A DNA stretch of 10,035 nt, from the NCBI GenBank assembly GCA_038208905.1, contig JBBQYG010000148.1, forward strand, positions 1 through 10,035. Direction: 5' to 3'. The notes under the pieces were generated by a model that worked only from the letters and a program-made list of their open reading frames with translations, did no database searches and was not told the origin of the DNA. Positions 1-9,133 of the stretch are shown one piece after another (positions within the stretch are counted from its first letter, which is position 1; every line of letters begins with the position of its first letter). The stretch is from Candidatus Sumerlaeia bacterium. GTDB taxonomy: Bacteria > Sumerlaeota > Sumerlaeia > SLMS01. Both the position numbers and the translations under genes were made by a program.

Positions 1-2
1 CT

Positions 3-788
<786 letters not shown>

Positions 789-831
789 GGGGGGATCCAG
801 CCTTGGCGAATAGATCTGCGCGAGATGCCTA

Positions 832-847
832 TGCCAATTCAAGGCCA
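832..847 (-). promoter_or_regulatory. Possible sigma54 (-24/-12) promoter
   Basis: Minus strand TGGCCTTGAATTGGCA has exact GG-N10-GC spacing versus the consensus TGGCACGNNNNTTGCA. It lies in the intergenic gap about 44 nt upstream of the ATG at 788. Confidence 0.35.
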
Positions 848-876
848 GCATTGGATTCCACGCCCCGCCGGGGATT

Positions 877-2130
877 CTACTCCAGGCTCTGTTCCAAAAC
901 GTACAGTTGGCCGTCACCCATTTCCGAGACGGAACAGCGACCGTTGGCCAGAGGGGTCGGGTGAAACTCGGGGCGGAGCGGCCCCAATGCCCACGGCGAC
1001 GGGTCGATGGCCTCCAGCGCCGCGCCCAGGCCCAGGATGTTGTCGGTCACTTCGCTCCACGAAATCGCGTCGGCAAAGCGAAGCGGGTTGGAGGGCGAAT
1101 CCTCCAGATGCATCACCCGGCCACCGGTGCGGCGGTTCAGGTAGTCGATCAGGCCGGGAACGTGGCTGCCCACGCCACCGACAAGGAGCGGCCCGCGGGC
1201 GGCCTGGGACCCCTTGGAGGCGCGCCCCGCGAACCGGGCGACCTGGCTGGCGAACATGCCGATCTCGCCAAGGGGATCGTCCGGCGGTGGCGTTTCGTTG
1301 GACGCACTCACTGGAAACAGGTCGCCGTATTGCTCGCGCAGCTTCCGCACGCCCACCGCGCTGGGCTCGAATGACGTGAAGTATTGCGTCCCCGCGCGCG
1401 CCAGTCCCACGGGGATCGGGTTATGATCGATCCCGCCATTGGCGAGCGAGGTGGCATACAGCGTTCTTAGCTTGCCGATGTTGCAGAGGGAGATGGAGCC
1501 ATCGATCCCCGCCGGATTCAGAAGGCGCAGAACACGCTCCAGCGCGTCGGAGGCATAGATGGCGCCAAGACTCTCGGCCCCCAGATTCCCGATCATCTTG
1601 ACCATGGGGAAAAAGTCGGCCAGGCGGAACGAGGCAAGGCGCGTGACCGACAAGCCTGGGGACTTGCGATACTCGCGAAAAAGAAAGACCAGCGGGTACT
1701 TCATCGGATTGCGGGGGAGGTGTTCCTCGATCAGGCGCTCCCGCCGGGCCAGCGCGGCGGTGGCCGTGGCCTCTCCCTCCATTGAATCCGCCTGTACACG
1801 CGTCGACGGCAGCACCGCCACGGCGGGGTGGCGGAACCGCGACTGGGAGAACAGCACCTCGTAGAAGGAGGCGATGATGTGCTTGCCTGGGAATACCGAG
1901 ACATCCAGATCCATGTACACCGGATGGCGGATGCGGCGCTTTACCTCGACGAGGTGGTCGAGTTCGTGGTGCTCCACGCCCTCCACGCGGACCTTGCCGC
2001 TTTGCAGCGACACGGAAACGGCGGACAGCGAGTTGCCGTCCACGGAGACAGCCGTGGCAGTGCGCCCGGCATCCCTCTTCGGGGCGCGGGCGACGGGGGA
2101 GGGCGCGTTCTTATTCTTCGCGGGGGGCAT
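877..2130 (-). CDS. Divergent actin-fold protein of the PilM/FtsA family
   Basis: VSVDGNSLSAVSVSLQSGKVRVEGV resembles the PilM phosphate-1 region, SLCNIGKLRT...PIPVG the phosphate-2 region, LLVGGVGSHVPGLIDYLNRRTG the adenosine motif, and ILGLGAAL the C-terminal connect helix. 417 aa, TAG stop. Confidence 0.65.
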   Translation of the reverse strand: MPPAKNKNAPSPVARAPKRDAGRTATAVSVDGNSLSAVSVSLQSGKVRVEGVEHHELDHLVEVKRRIRHPVYMDLDVSVFPGKHIIASFYEVLFSQSRFRHPAVAVLPSTRVQADSMEGEATATAALARRERLIEEHLPRNPMKYPLVFLFREYRKSPGLSVTRLASFRLADFFPMVKMIGNLGAESLGAIYASDALERVLRLLNPAGIDGSISLCNIGKLRTLYATSLANGGIDHNPIPVGLARAGTQYFTSFEPSAVGVRKLREQYGDLFPVSASNETPPPDDPLGEIGMFASQVARFAGRASKGSQAARGPLLVGGVGSHVPGLIDYLNRRTGGRVMHLEDSPSNPLRFADAISWSEVTDNILGLGAALEAIDPSPWALGPLRPEFHPTPLANGRCSVSEMGDGQLYVLEQSLE

Positions 2131-2887
2131 TCAACCATCCACACACGGTAAACTGGTGACCTCTTACGCTGCCTTGCCTGCGGTGGGAATGGAAAAGGTG
2201 GGAGTGGCGCACAGTGCAGAGCCCAGAATCCGCAAGCGCCCCGGGCCGCATTCCCGCAGCCACCGATTGCAGGCGGTTCAGCTCCCACAAGTCCAGCAGC
2301 CGTCCATCGGTAAAGGGCCCCAGATGGCCCCACGCCGAATCGAAATCGCGGGCCAGCTCCTCGCTCACCTCATAGGCCTCGGAGCAGATCGCGGGCCCAA
2401 TCCACCCGGTCAGGCGCGCGGGGTCGGCTCCGCGGGCGGAAAGCCCGGCGATCAACGCCCCCAGGATATTCGCCCGCGAACCGCGCCAACCGGCGTGGCA
2501 GGCGCCAAACAACCCCGTAACCTGATCGACCACCACCACCGGCAGGCAGTCGGCGGTGCGAATCACCAGATTGGCACCCACGCCGCGCGCCAGAAGGCCG
2601 TCGCATTCGGGAAGGCTCAGGAAGGCATCCATCGCGGGAGTCACTTCGGCAATCGTGGTGCCGTGGACCTGGGCGGCAAAGGCCAGCGGCCGAGGGGGTG
2701 CCGCGCCGCGTCGGCGCAGCAACTCGGCGATCTTCGGCGCTGCCTCCCGCCACGGCATCTTGACGCCGTCGTCGAACGAGCGCGAGGTACAGAACGCTGC
2801 GAATCCGCGGGGCGCGCCGATCCACTCGGCACCCACAAAGGGCGCCCGCGCAACGGTGGCGGCGGGCGGGGATTCCATGATGCTCAT
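2111..2887 (-). CDS. pgeF: PgeF/YfiH/YlmD family (peptidoglycan editing factor / purine nucleoside phosphorylase, laccase-domain protein)
   Basis: Motifs QVHG, CDGL, RTADCLPV, HAGWRG, IGPAIC..YEV, DLW..N, CT....FHSHRR; the His-Cys-His triad is intact. Start placed at ATG 2887 (alternatives ATG 2878, TTG 2923). Overlaps the next gene by 20 bp. Confidence 0.93.
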   Translation of the reverse strand: MSIMESPPAATVARAPFVGAEWIGAPRGFAAFCTSRSFDDGVKMPWREAAPKIAELLRRRGAAPPRPLAFAAQVHGTTIAEVTPAMDAFLSLPECDGLLARGVGANLVIRTADCLPVVVVDQVTGLFGACHAGWRGSRANILGALIAGLSARGADPARLTGWIGPAICSEAYEVSEELARDFDSAWGHLGPFTDGRLLDLWELNRLQSVAAGMRPGALADSGLCTVRHSHLFHSHRRQGSVRGHQFTVCGWLNAPREE

Positions 2888-2943
2888 GCGTAATCGTTGC
2901 CGCGCTTTCGCGGACAACGGCAAGGCGATATGATGCCGCGAAG

Positions 2944-2965
2944 GCGGTAAATCGACGATTACCGC
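2944..2965 (-). terminator. Inverted repeat immediately after the NYN stop codon; possible weak terminator or mRNA-processing hairpin
   Basis: GCGGTAA-N8-TTACCGC forms a perfect 7-bp stem directly abutting the TGA at 2968-2966. There is no clear U-tract. Confidence 0.35.
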
Positions 2966-4312
2966 TCAGAGGCAGTGCTCCTCCATCCAGCGGGCGCATT
3001 TTTCCACCTGCTCCGCGTCATCCGCGGAATCATAGAGCGCCAGCGCCAGCACCTGAGGCGGCACCCCAGCCAGGCGCCTGCGGCTATTGCGGATCAGGTT
3101 CTCGTGGATGCGGTCCTCCCAGAAATCGAAGGGCTGTGCGAGGCCGACGATCTGCGGGTTGTTAGGGTGCCCCGAGGGGACCGAGTTGAAGCACCGGGAG
3201 AAGTACAGGCTGAGCCCCATCTTGAACACTGCCTCCGTCGGCTGGCCGCTGGCGGAGAGCGACGCCTGCGCATGATTTGTCAACTCCTGCAGATTGAAGG
3301 GGCCGTTGGGAATGAAGTCGTCATAGCTGCGATGGATTTCGTCCAGGATCAGGCGCCGCTTCTCGTACTTGGGGAAGCTGGTCTTCAGTATCGCCTCGAA
3401 GACCATGCGGATCTCCCTCGCTTTGTCCTCGTCCGATCGGGGGGTGGCGGGTGATGGCTCCGACTCAACCTTCGCGGCCGGCAGGATGAACTGGAAGTCC
3501 CCCGGGCCGGTTGGCAGGATTGCTCGGATGCTACGCGCCTCCGCAGCGGCAAGGGCGAAGCTCTTGAAGGAATCGTAGCCGGCCATCTGCGGCGTGAAAT
3601 CCGAACGGTACGTCCTCATCTGCAAATTCACCGTTGTGCCCAGCAGCGCCCCCGCGCGCGCGTCGATCGCCCGTAGCGCCATCGCCATGAGGTCGAAACA
3701 TTCCTCGCGGAGCTCTGTCCTTACTCCCGACTCGATCCCCGTGGTCCCCGCCGCCGCCACCTCGAACAGATCGCTATAGTAGAACGATAGCGACGCCGCC
3801 TCCGTCAGCATCGGATTGGTGATGTTGCGGTCCACCGCGATGGCGATCACCGTCTTCCCGTGCTGGTTGATCTTGCTGAATAGCGGGACGAAGTCGCGGT
3901 CGGAGGAGAGGATCGCGTAGTGTGAAATGCCGGGATTCTGGAACAGCGTTTCCACCACATCCACCGCCATGGTTATGTCGGCGCCGTTCTTCGGCGTCGA
4001 GCCCGCCGAGTACCCAGTGTAGGGGACGTCCACGATTTCGAACAGGTTGCGGTGCAGCATGCGCCGGATCGTGACGATGTCGGTGCCCTGGCCGCTTGCC
4101 CCCCACGTGGCGTTTGGAATGTCGCCATAGCATTTCCGCACGCGGATCGGTCCCGTCTCCTTTAGTTTGGTGATCACGCGCGACAGGTCGATCGGGAGCC
4201 CCGAAGCCATGGCCCCGCCGATCAGGTTCTCAATATCCACATACAGGGCGATACCAGTCGCTTCCAAGGTGGGATCTCCGTGTGGGCGTTGTGAGGGTGC
4301 TTCATCGAGCAT
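2966..4312 (-). CDS. NYN (PIN-like, LabA/DUF88) ribonuclease with OST-HTH/LOTUS domain and an extra C-terminal region
   Basis: IALYVDIEN, YGD, KNGADITMAVD and LSSDRDFVPL..KI...GKTV are the NYN acidic motifs. SDFTPQMAGYDSFKSF matches the OST-HTH pattern (DF....YG...F). 448 aa. Confidence 0.9.
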   Translation of the reverse strand: MLDEAPSQRPHGDPTLEATGIALYVDIENLIGGAMASGLPIDLSRVITKLKETGPIRVRKCYGDIPNATWGASGQGTDIVTIRRMLHRNLFEIVDVPYTGYSAGSTPKNGADITMAVDVVETLFQNPGISHYAILSSDRDFVPLFSKINQHGKTVIAIAVDRNITNPMLTEAASLSFYYSDLFEVAAAGTTGIESGVRTELREECFDLMAMALRAIDARAGALLGTTVNLQMRTYRSDFTPQMAGYDSFKSFALAAAEARSIRAILPTGPGDFQFILPAAKVESEPSPATPRSDEDKAREIRMVFEAILKTSFPKYEKRRLILDEIHRSYDDFIPNGPFNLQELTNHAQASLSASGQPTEAVFKMGLSLYFSRCFNSVPSGHPNNPQIVGLAQPFDFWEDRIHENLIRNSRRRLAGVPPQVLALALYDSADDAEQVEKCARWMEEHCL

Positions 4313-4342
4313 CCGGGCAATGACACGGCGGCCCGCCCCGTG

Positions 4343-6355
4343 TCAATCGATTTTCCATACGTCGAACTCGCCATTGCTGAAAGCGAGCTTGCCGCCGTGG
4401 CGGCCGAGGAGGGCGCGAATTTCGGGGTCGGCGTCGCGGGAGAGGAGGATGAGGCGGATGCGCTGGGCGCGGATGTGGCGGAGCATTTCTCGCGGAGAGA
4501 CGGCGTGGGGGTCGGGCCAGATGCTGGGGAACAGGTACTGGCGCACCCCCGCGTCGCCGGTGGCAAAAAGGCCGGTGAACACGCCGTTGCCGGGCGTCCA
4601 GTAGCTGACGGTGTCGCCGGGCTTCGCGCTCTGCATCGTGAAAAGGATCGCCTCGTTGAGGGGCGAGGCGGATTGCTCCCACGACTTGAAGTGGATCGGA
4701 GAATAGCTGGCCGGTTTCGCATCGCGCCAGTAGCGTTCCGCGCGCTCCCACTGGCGGTTGAGGAAGATCGCCGTGCTCCAGTCGAACAACGCGCAGGCCA
4801 GCACCAGCGCCAGCGCCGCGTGCGCAAGCGATCGCGAAGTCGCGCGCAGCCGGGCAATCACGGCGGCGGCGGCAAGCACGCCAAGGAACGGCAGGAACAG
4901 CGTGAAGCGCGGCCACCATCCGGCCACCGTGGCAAGGTAGGCCGCAAACGGCGCCACCGCGAGCGCGAGGAACCATCGCCTGTCGCGCGCGCGCCCGACG
5001 AACGCGACAGCGACCAGCGCGGGGAGCAGCGCGGCCATCCACAGCAGTCCGAATTCGCCGCGCTTGCCGTCGCCTGTATATCCATAGGACGCATCCGTCA
5101 GCGCCGCGTGGTCGAGCTTCGAAATGCGATGGCCAAGGAAGCCGAGGCGGCGCCACGATTCCGCGTCCCATCCGGTCCACGAGTCGTAGGTTTTCCGCCA
5201 GAGGGACTGGCCGAATTCGGGGTCGGGCTCCGACATGCGGCGCGCGATGGAGAAGGGGTACTCGCCGCGCTCTAGCGACTCCACGTTTTCCGTCAGCATG
5301 ATGGGATACGTCGGCGATCCATAGCCGATCCAGTTGCGCATCGCCCACGGCAGTCCCACCGCCGCCGCGATGGCAAACCCCGCGACCGCCATCGCCAGCG
5401 CGCGCCGCGGCGGACCGATAAACGCGCGCCATCCCCAGCACACCATCGCCGTGGCGCCCAGGACCAGGCAGTGGGGCGCGGCGTTGAGCTTCGCGCCCAA
5501 TGCCAGACCCGCCGCCGCAAACATCCACAGCATCCGCACGGGGCCCACGCCATCGAATCGCCGCGCGCCCATTGCCGCACAGAATCCCACCGCAAGCCAT
5601 CCCGTGCTGAACAGGTCCACGTAGGCCATCGACGATTGATAGAGGATTCCCGGCACCGCCAGAGGCAACATCGCCGCGATCGTGGCCAGCGACCGATCCG
5701 CGCCCATCGCCCTCGACCCTGTATAGACAGCGGGAATCGCCACCGGAAGAATCAGCCACTGCACGCAATTGGCAAACGCGATCGAGCCACTCAGCATCAT
5801 CGTGATCGCCATCGGCAGGTTGGCGCCCCGCGCGAAGTGATTGGCCATGAACGACTCGCCGATGTAGTTCCTGAAGTCGCCGTCCTGATAGAGATGTATA
5901 GCCAGGCCCAGGTGATAGCTCAGCGCGTCGAAGCTCACCGGTGGCAGCCGCACGCCCAGCGCCAGAAACCACAATGCCGACACGAGCCCAAACACCAGCG
6001 CCACCCGCGACACCGCATCAAGATCACGCAGCCATGGCAAGGTAGCGTGGGCGTCCCGCCCGCGCCCCGCCGCGCGCGATTCCACCCGCGCGGCCGGCGT
6101 CAGCGCCACCACCGCCCACAGGATCGCCAGCGACGCGACGCCGAAATTAACCAGGAAGAAGAGCTGGAAGTAGCCCGCGAATCCAAGCGCCAGCGAGAGC
6201 GCCGTCCAGAACGCAAACTGAAACGTGAGCGTGGCGCACCAGCGCTCCGCGGGGGCCAGCGACCGGTCGCGCCGGACGAGGCGCGCGAGCACCAGATGCA
6301 GCCCCACACACGTCGCGCCAAACAGCGCGGGCATCGCGGCGGAGCTGGCGGTCAA
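4343..6355 (-). CDS. Polytopic membrane protein, GT-C-like (ArnT/PMT-related, lipid-carrier-dependent glycosyltransferase-like)
   Basis: Many hydrophobic segments; loop motif [10 protein letters not shown], then YVDL, GLALGAK and PWAMRNW..YGSP.YP, followed by a soluble C-terminal domain. The TTG start overlaps the upstream TGA (TTGA, 6355-6352); an alternative ATG lies at 6334. Confidence 0.7.
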   Translation of the reverse strand: MTASSAAMPALFGATCVGLHLVLARLVRRDRSLAPAERWCATLTFQFAFWTALSLALGFAGYFQLFFLVNFGVASLAILWAVVALTPAARVESRAAGRGRDAHATLPWLRDLDAVSRVALVFGLVSALWFLALGVRLPPVSFDALSYHLGLAIHLYQDGDFRNYIGESFMANHFARGANLPMAITMMLSGSIAFANCVQWLILPVAIPAVYTGSRAMGADRSLATIAAMLPLAVPGILYQSSMAYVDLFSTGWLAVGFCAAMGARRFDGVGPVRMLWMFAAAGLALGAKLNAAPHCLVLGATAMVCWGWRAFIGPPRRALAMAVAGFAIAAAVGLPWAMRNWIGYGSPTYPIMLTENVESLERGEYPFSIARRMSEPDPEFGQSLWRKTYDSWTGWDAESWRRLGFLGHRISKLDHAALTDASYGYTGDGKRGEFGLLWMAALLPALVAVAFVGRARDRRWFLALAVAPFAAYLATVAGWWPRFTLFLPFLGVLAAAAVIARLRATSRSLAHAALALVLACALFDWSTAIFLNRQWERAERYWRDAKPASYSPIHFKSWEQSASPLNEAILFTMQSAKPGDTVSYWTPGNGVFTGLFATGDAGVRQYLFPSIWPDPHAVSPREMLRHIRAQRIRLILLSRDADPEIRALLGRHGGKLAFSNGEFDVWKID

Positions 6356-6705
6356 TCATCCACTCCGGGGCGGCGGCGCGTTTTCTTGCGGTCCGCGCGG
6401 ACGCGTTTCGCCTGCAACGCCCGCTCCTTCGCCGCCCGTGGCTCCCGCGTGGCGATGCGGCGCGGCTTGCGGTAATTCAGCTTCTCCACCTTCAGCCTCA
6501 GCAACGCCAGCGCCAGCTTCCGGTTCTGATGCTGGCTCCGCTCCCGCTGGCATGCCGCCACAATCCCCGTGGGCCGATGGCGCAACCGCACCGCCGTCTC
6601 CACCTTGTTCACGTTCTGCCCGCCCTTGCCGCCAGACCGAAACGTCTCGAAGTCGCACTCCGCCAGGAGCGCGTCATCGGATTCCGGCAACTTGATCAGG
6701 TCCAT
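6352..6705 (-). CDS. Short peptide-chain-release-factor-like protein (GGQ domain plus basic tail; ArfB/YaeJ-like ribosome-rescue peptidyl-tRNA hydrolase)
   Basis: [38 protein letters not shown] is the RF domain-3 signature. The tail [32 protein letters not shown] is ArfB-like. No codon-recognition domain; 117 aa. Confidence 0.92.
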   Translation of the reverse strand: MDLIKLPESDDALLAECDFETFRSGGKGGQNVNKVETAVRLRHRPTGIVAACQRERSQHQNRKLALALLRLKVEKLNYRKPRRIATREPRAAKERALQAKRVRADRKKTRRRPGVDD

Positions 6706-6877
6706 CGGGACAACCTCTGGCGAGACGATAACGGCGGGGCGGGTAGGAAAGGCAAACTGGAAAGGGGAGCGGGAAGGGCGGGAAATGCGGGCTATTGGTC
6801 CGAAGCCCCGTTGACTTGGGGGGGCGCCGATCCTTCACAGTCTGGCGCCGTCATTATCCCGGAGCACCCCCCCCGTC
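6706..6877. promoter_or_regulatory. Divergent promoter region
   Basis: 172-bp gap between divergent genes. Plus strand has TTGACT (6811) with CACAGT 19 nt downstream; minus strand has TTGCCT-N19-TATCGT. Both spacings are non-optimal, so the exact boxes are uncertain. Confidence 0.45.
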
Positions 6878-8542
6878 ATGGACTTTTGGAAGCAGTTGCA
6901 GGATTTCGTGATCCTTATCGGGTCGGCGATGGTGCTTGGCGCGCTGTTTGAGCGGTTCAAGCAGAGCGCCATCCTGGGATACCTGCTGGCGGGGACCATT
7001 GTGGGTCCCGGCGGGTTGAAGCTGTTGGAGAGCGACGAGTTGGTGAAGAACTTCGCCGAGATCGGCGTGTCGCTGCTCCTGTTTACCATCGGACTGGAGT
7101 TTTCGCTCAAGCGTCTGGTGGCGATGGGCAAGCTGGCGGCGGTTGGCGGCACGGCACAGGTCGTCGGGACGGCGCTGCTCTTTGGCGTGGTGGCGCTGGC
7201 CTTCGGGTTTCCATTTATTCAGGCGATGGCCCTCGGCCTCCTTGTCGCGCCCAGCAGCACGGCCTGTGTGGTGCGGATGATGCGCGAGCGCTCGGAACTC
7301 GACAGCGTCCACGGGCGCAGCTCCATCGGCGTGCTCCTGCTGCAGGATCTGGCGCTGGTGCCTCTCGTGGTGATCATGGCGACGCTGGGCGGTGGCGGTA
7401 CCGGCAACGGGGTGCTGAAGGAGGTGGCGATCGCCACGGGCTTCCTGACGCTGTTGTTGGTGGGATTCTACCTGCTGAGTATTTTCGTCCTGCCGCGGGC
7501 GCTCAACGCGGCGGCGCTGCTGAAGAATCGCGAGATACTGATCCTGCTGGCCACGTCGATGGGGCTCGGCTCCATGTGGGTGGCCCACCAGTTCCACATG
7601 TCGCCGGCGCTGGGCGCGTTCATCGCGGGGATGCTCATCGCGGAGTCGCCCTTCTCGACGCAGATCCGCGCCGACATCGGTTCCCTGCGGACACTCTTCG
7701 TCACGCTGTTCTTTACGTCGGTCGGCATGTTGGCCGATTTGCAATGGATTGCCACCCACGTGCCCGCCGTGGTGCTGGCTGTGGTGCTGGTGGTGCTGGG
7801 CAAGGTGCTGGTGCTGTGGCTGGTTATGCGCGCCCTTGGCATGGGTCACCGCAACGCCATCGCCACGGGCGTATGCCTTGCCCAGATCGGCGAGTTCTCC
7901 TTCGTGCTGGCGGAGATCGCGCGCGGCGGCGGCGCCATCGACGACTTTACCTTTCGCCTGGTGGTGTCGGCCTCGCTGGGATCGCTCTTCATCACGCCGT
8001 TTCTGGTCGCGGGCTCCACACAGATCGGCGCGTGGGGAGAACGCCTGCTGGCGCGCGTGGGGCTGTGCTCCATCGCGGCGCCCCATGACGCCGCCGTGGA
8101 GGAGGTCCATCTCCACAACCACGTCATCGTGATCGGCTACGGGCCAGCCGGCCGCGGCGTCGCCGATTCCCTCCGCGCCGAGAAGGCCGCGTTCTGCATC
8201 GTGGAGCTGAACCCCCAAACGGTGGCCAGCGCCCAGGCCGACGGCCTGATGGCCTTCATCGGCGACGCAACCCAGGAGGACATCCTGGAGCACCTCCACG
8301 TAACCAGTGCCCGCGCCGTTGTGATCACCATCCCCGACCACCGCACGGGCCTCGCCATGACGCGCCAAGTGGCCTGTATGGCGCCCAACGTCACGATCTT
8401 CGCGCGGGTGCGCTACCACATGTACGCCCAGGACTTCATCGCCGCCGGCGCGCACTTCGTCATCGACGAGGAAATGCAGGCGGGCCAATACCTCGGCAAG
8501 CGGCTGATGAAGGGGTTGGGGAGCACGGGGGATTTGGAGTAG
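6878..8542 (+). CDS. CPA2-family cation:proton antiporter with C-terminal TrkA-N (KTN/RCK) domain (Kef/YbaL-like)
   Basis: GYLLAGTIVGP, AEIGVSLLLFTIGLEFS, SSTA, GVLLLQDL, LGAFIAG, FFTSVGM, LAQIGEFSFVL; Rossmann motif VIVIGYGPAG and GDAT..DIL. 554 aa. Confidence 0.95.
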   Translation: MDFWKQLQDFVILIGSAMVLGALFERFKQSAILGYLLAGTIVGPGGLKLLESDELVKNFAEIGVSLLLFTIGLEFSLKRLVAMGKLAAVGGTAQVVGTALLFGVVALAFGFPFIQAMALGLLVAPSSTACVVRMMRERSELDSVHGRSSIGVLLLQDLALVPLVVIMATLGGGGTGNGVLKEVAIATGFLTLLLVGFYLLSIFVLPRALNAAALLKNREILILLATSMGLGSMWVAHQFHMSPALGAFIAGMLIAESPFSTQIRADIGSLRTLFVTLFFTSVGMLADLQWIATHVPAVVLAVVLVVLGKVLVLWLVMRALGMGHRNAIATGVCLAQIGEFSFVLAEIARGGGAIDDFTFRLVVSASLGSLFITPFLVAGSTQIGAWGERLLARVGLCSIAAPHDAAVEEVHLHNHVIVIGYGPAGRGVADSLRAEKAAFCIVELNPQTVASAQADGLMAFIGDATQEDILEHLHVTSARAVVITIPDHRTGLAMTRQVACMAPNVTIFARVRYHMYAQDFIAAGAHFVIDEEMQAGQYLGKRLMKGLGSTGDLE

Positions 8543-8548
8543 GGGGCG

Positions 8549-9133
8549 TCAGGGACGGGACGCGAGCCATTGCTGGAGGCGGGTGTCGAAGTTCTTCACT
8601 TCTTCGCATCGCCCTCGGATGGATTTATAGTTCGTGGCAGCCTCTTTCCCCAGAATTGTATATCCATTTTCTGGCGATAGCTGGAGTCCTCTTTGCCTGA
8701 CATAGGGTTCGAAGTAATGTTCCTTTGGATCGCGAGCCGATCTGACATCTGGCCATTTCCAATGCGACGGAAGGTCCTGCATTCCCGCCAGCGCCCAAAC
8801 TTCGATTTCCTGATGGGCGTGCTCGGCAAGGAGTGTGGCCCCCGCCTTCAGTCCCGGCGCTCACTTGTCTTCCAGCGCGTCAAGGAGCGCCCGGCGCCCA
8901 TTGTCGTCATCGCGATCAACACAGAGCAGGAAGAGATGCACCTGTCGATACTGCCCGATAATGGATATGATTCTTTCGGAATCCATCGCCTGCGAAATAC
9001 CGCGCAGCGTAGGATTCTGGCAGACTCTGACGTACGCGCTTGGCCTGCCGACTGAAGCCATCATCGACTCGATGATCGGTTTCAGGATGTACTGGTCTCT
9101 CTTGTGGTTCTCGGGGATGATGAGGACATTCAA
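8549..9133 (-). pseudogene. TOPRIM/DUF4276-like partner of the ABC ATPase, interrupted by one in-frame TGA (8863-8861); pseudogene, sequence error or read-through
   Basis: TTG at 9133 overlaps the ATPase stop. Translation: (M)NVLIIPENHKRDQYILKPII...FLLCVDRD...LDALEDK*APGLKAGATLLAEHAHQEIEVWALAGMQDLPSHWKW...RDPKEHYFEP...WLASRP. Track ORFs 8861..9697 and 8549..8782 share the same frame. 194 codons, with the stop at codon 91. Confidence 0.8.

Noticed and set aside
4302..6475. Long overlapping ORFs 4302..5972, 4340..5275 and 5471..6475
   Set aside because: These are Arg/Gly/Ala-rich shadow frames of the membrane-protein gene.
6823..6849. GGCGCC..GGCGCC hairpin as an ion-sensing riboswitch upstream of the antiporter
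   Set aside because: I recognised no fluoride, c-di-AMP, Na+ or Li+ riboswitch consensus. An Rfam/Infernal scan would be needed to exclude it.
6854..8488. 544-aa antisense ORF
   Set aside because: It mirrors the antiporter on the opposite strand, a typical high-GC shadow ORF with no recognisable motifs.
8825..8863. Selenocysteine insertion (UGA plus SECIS)
   Set aside because: The downstream hairpin loop (CCACAC) lacks the apical-loop G typical of bacterial SECIS elements, and the position is a linker with no redox motif. Not supported, though not formally excluded.
8596..8864. Alternative-frame ORFs 8625..8864 and 8596..8829 as a frameshifted continuation
   Set aside because: The motif-bearing continuation (QEIEVWALAG) is in the original frame, so no frameshift is needed.
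2966..9132. Genome-wide UGA reassignment (code 4 or 25)
   Set aside because: TGA ends five genes here at plausible termini (2966, 4343, 6352, 8549, 9130), two of them in TTGA coupling overlaps. Trp is encoded by TGG where checked.
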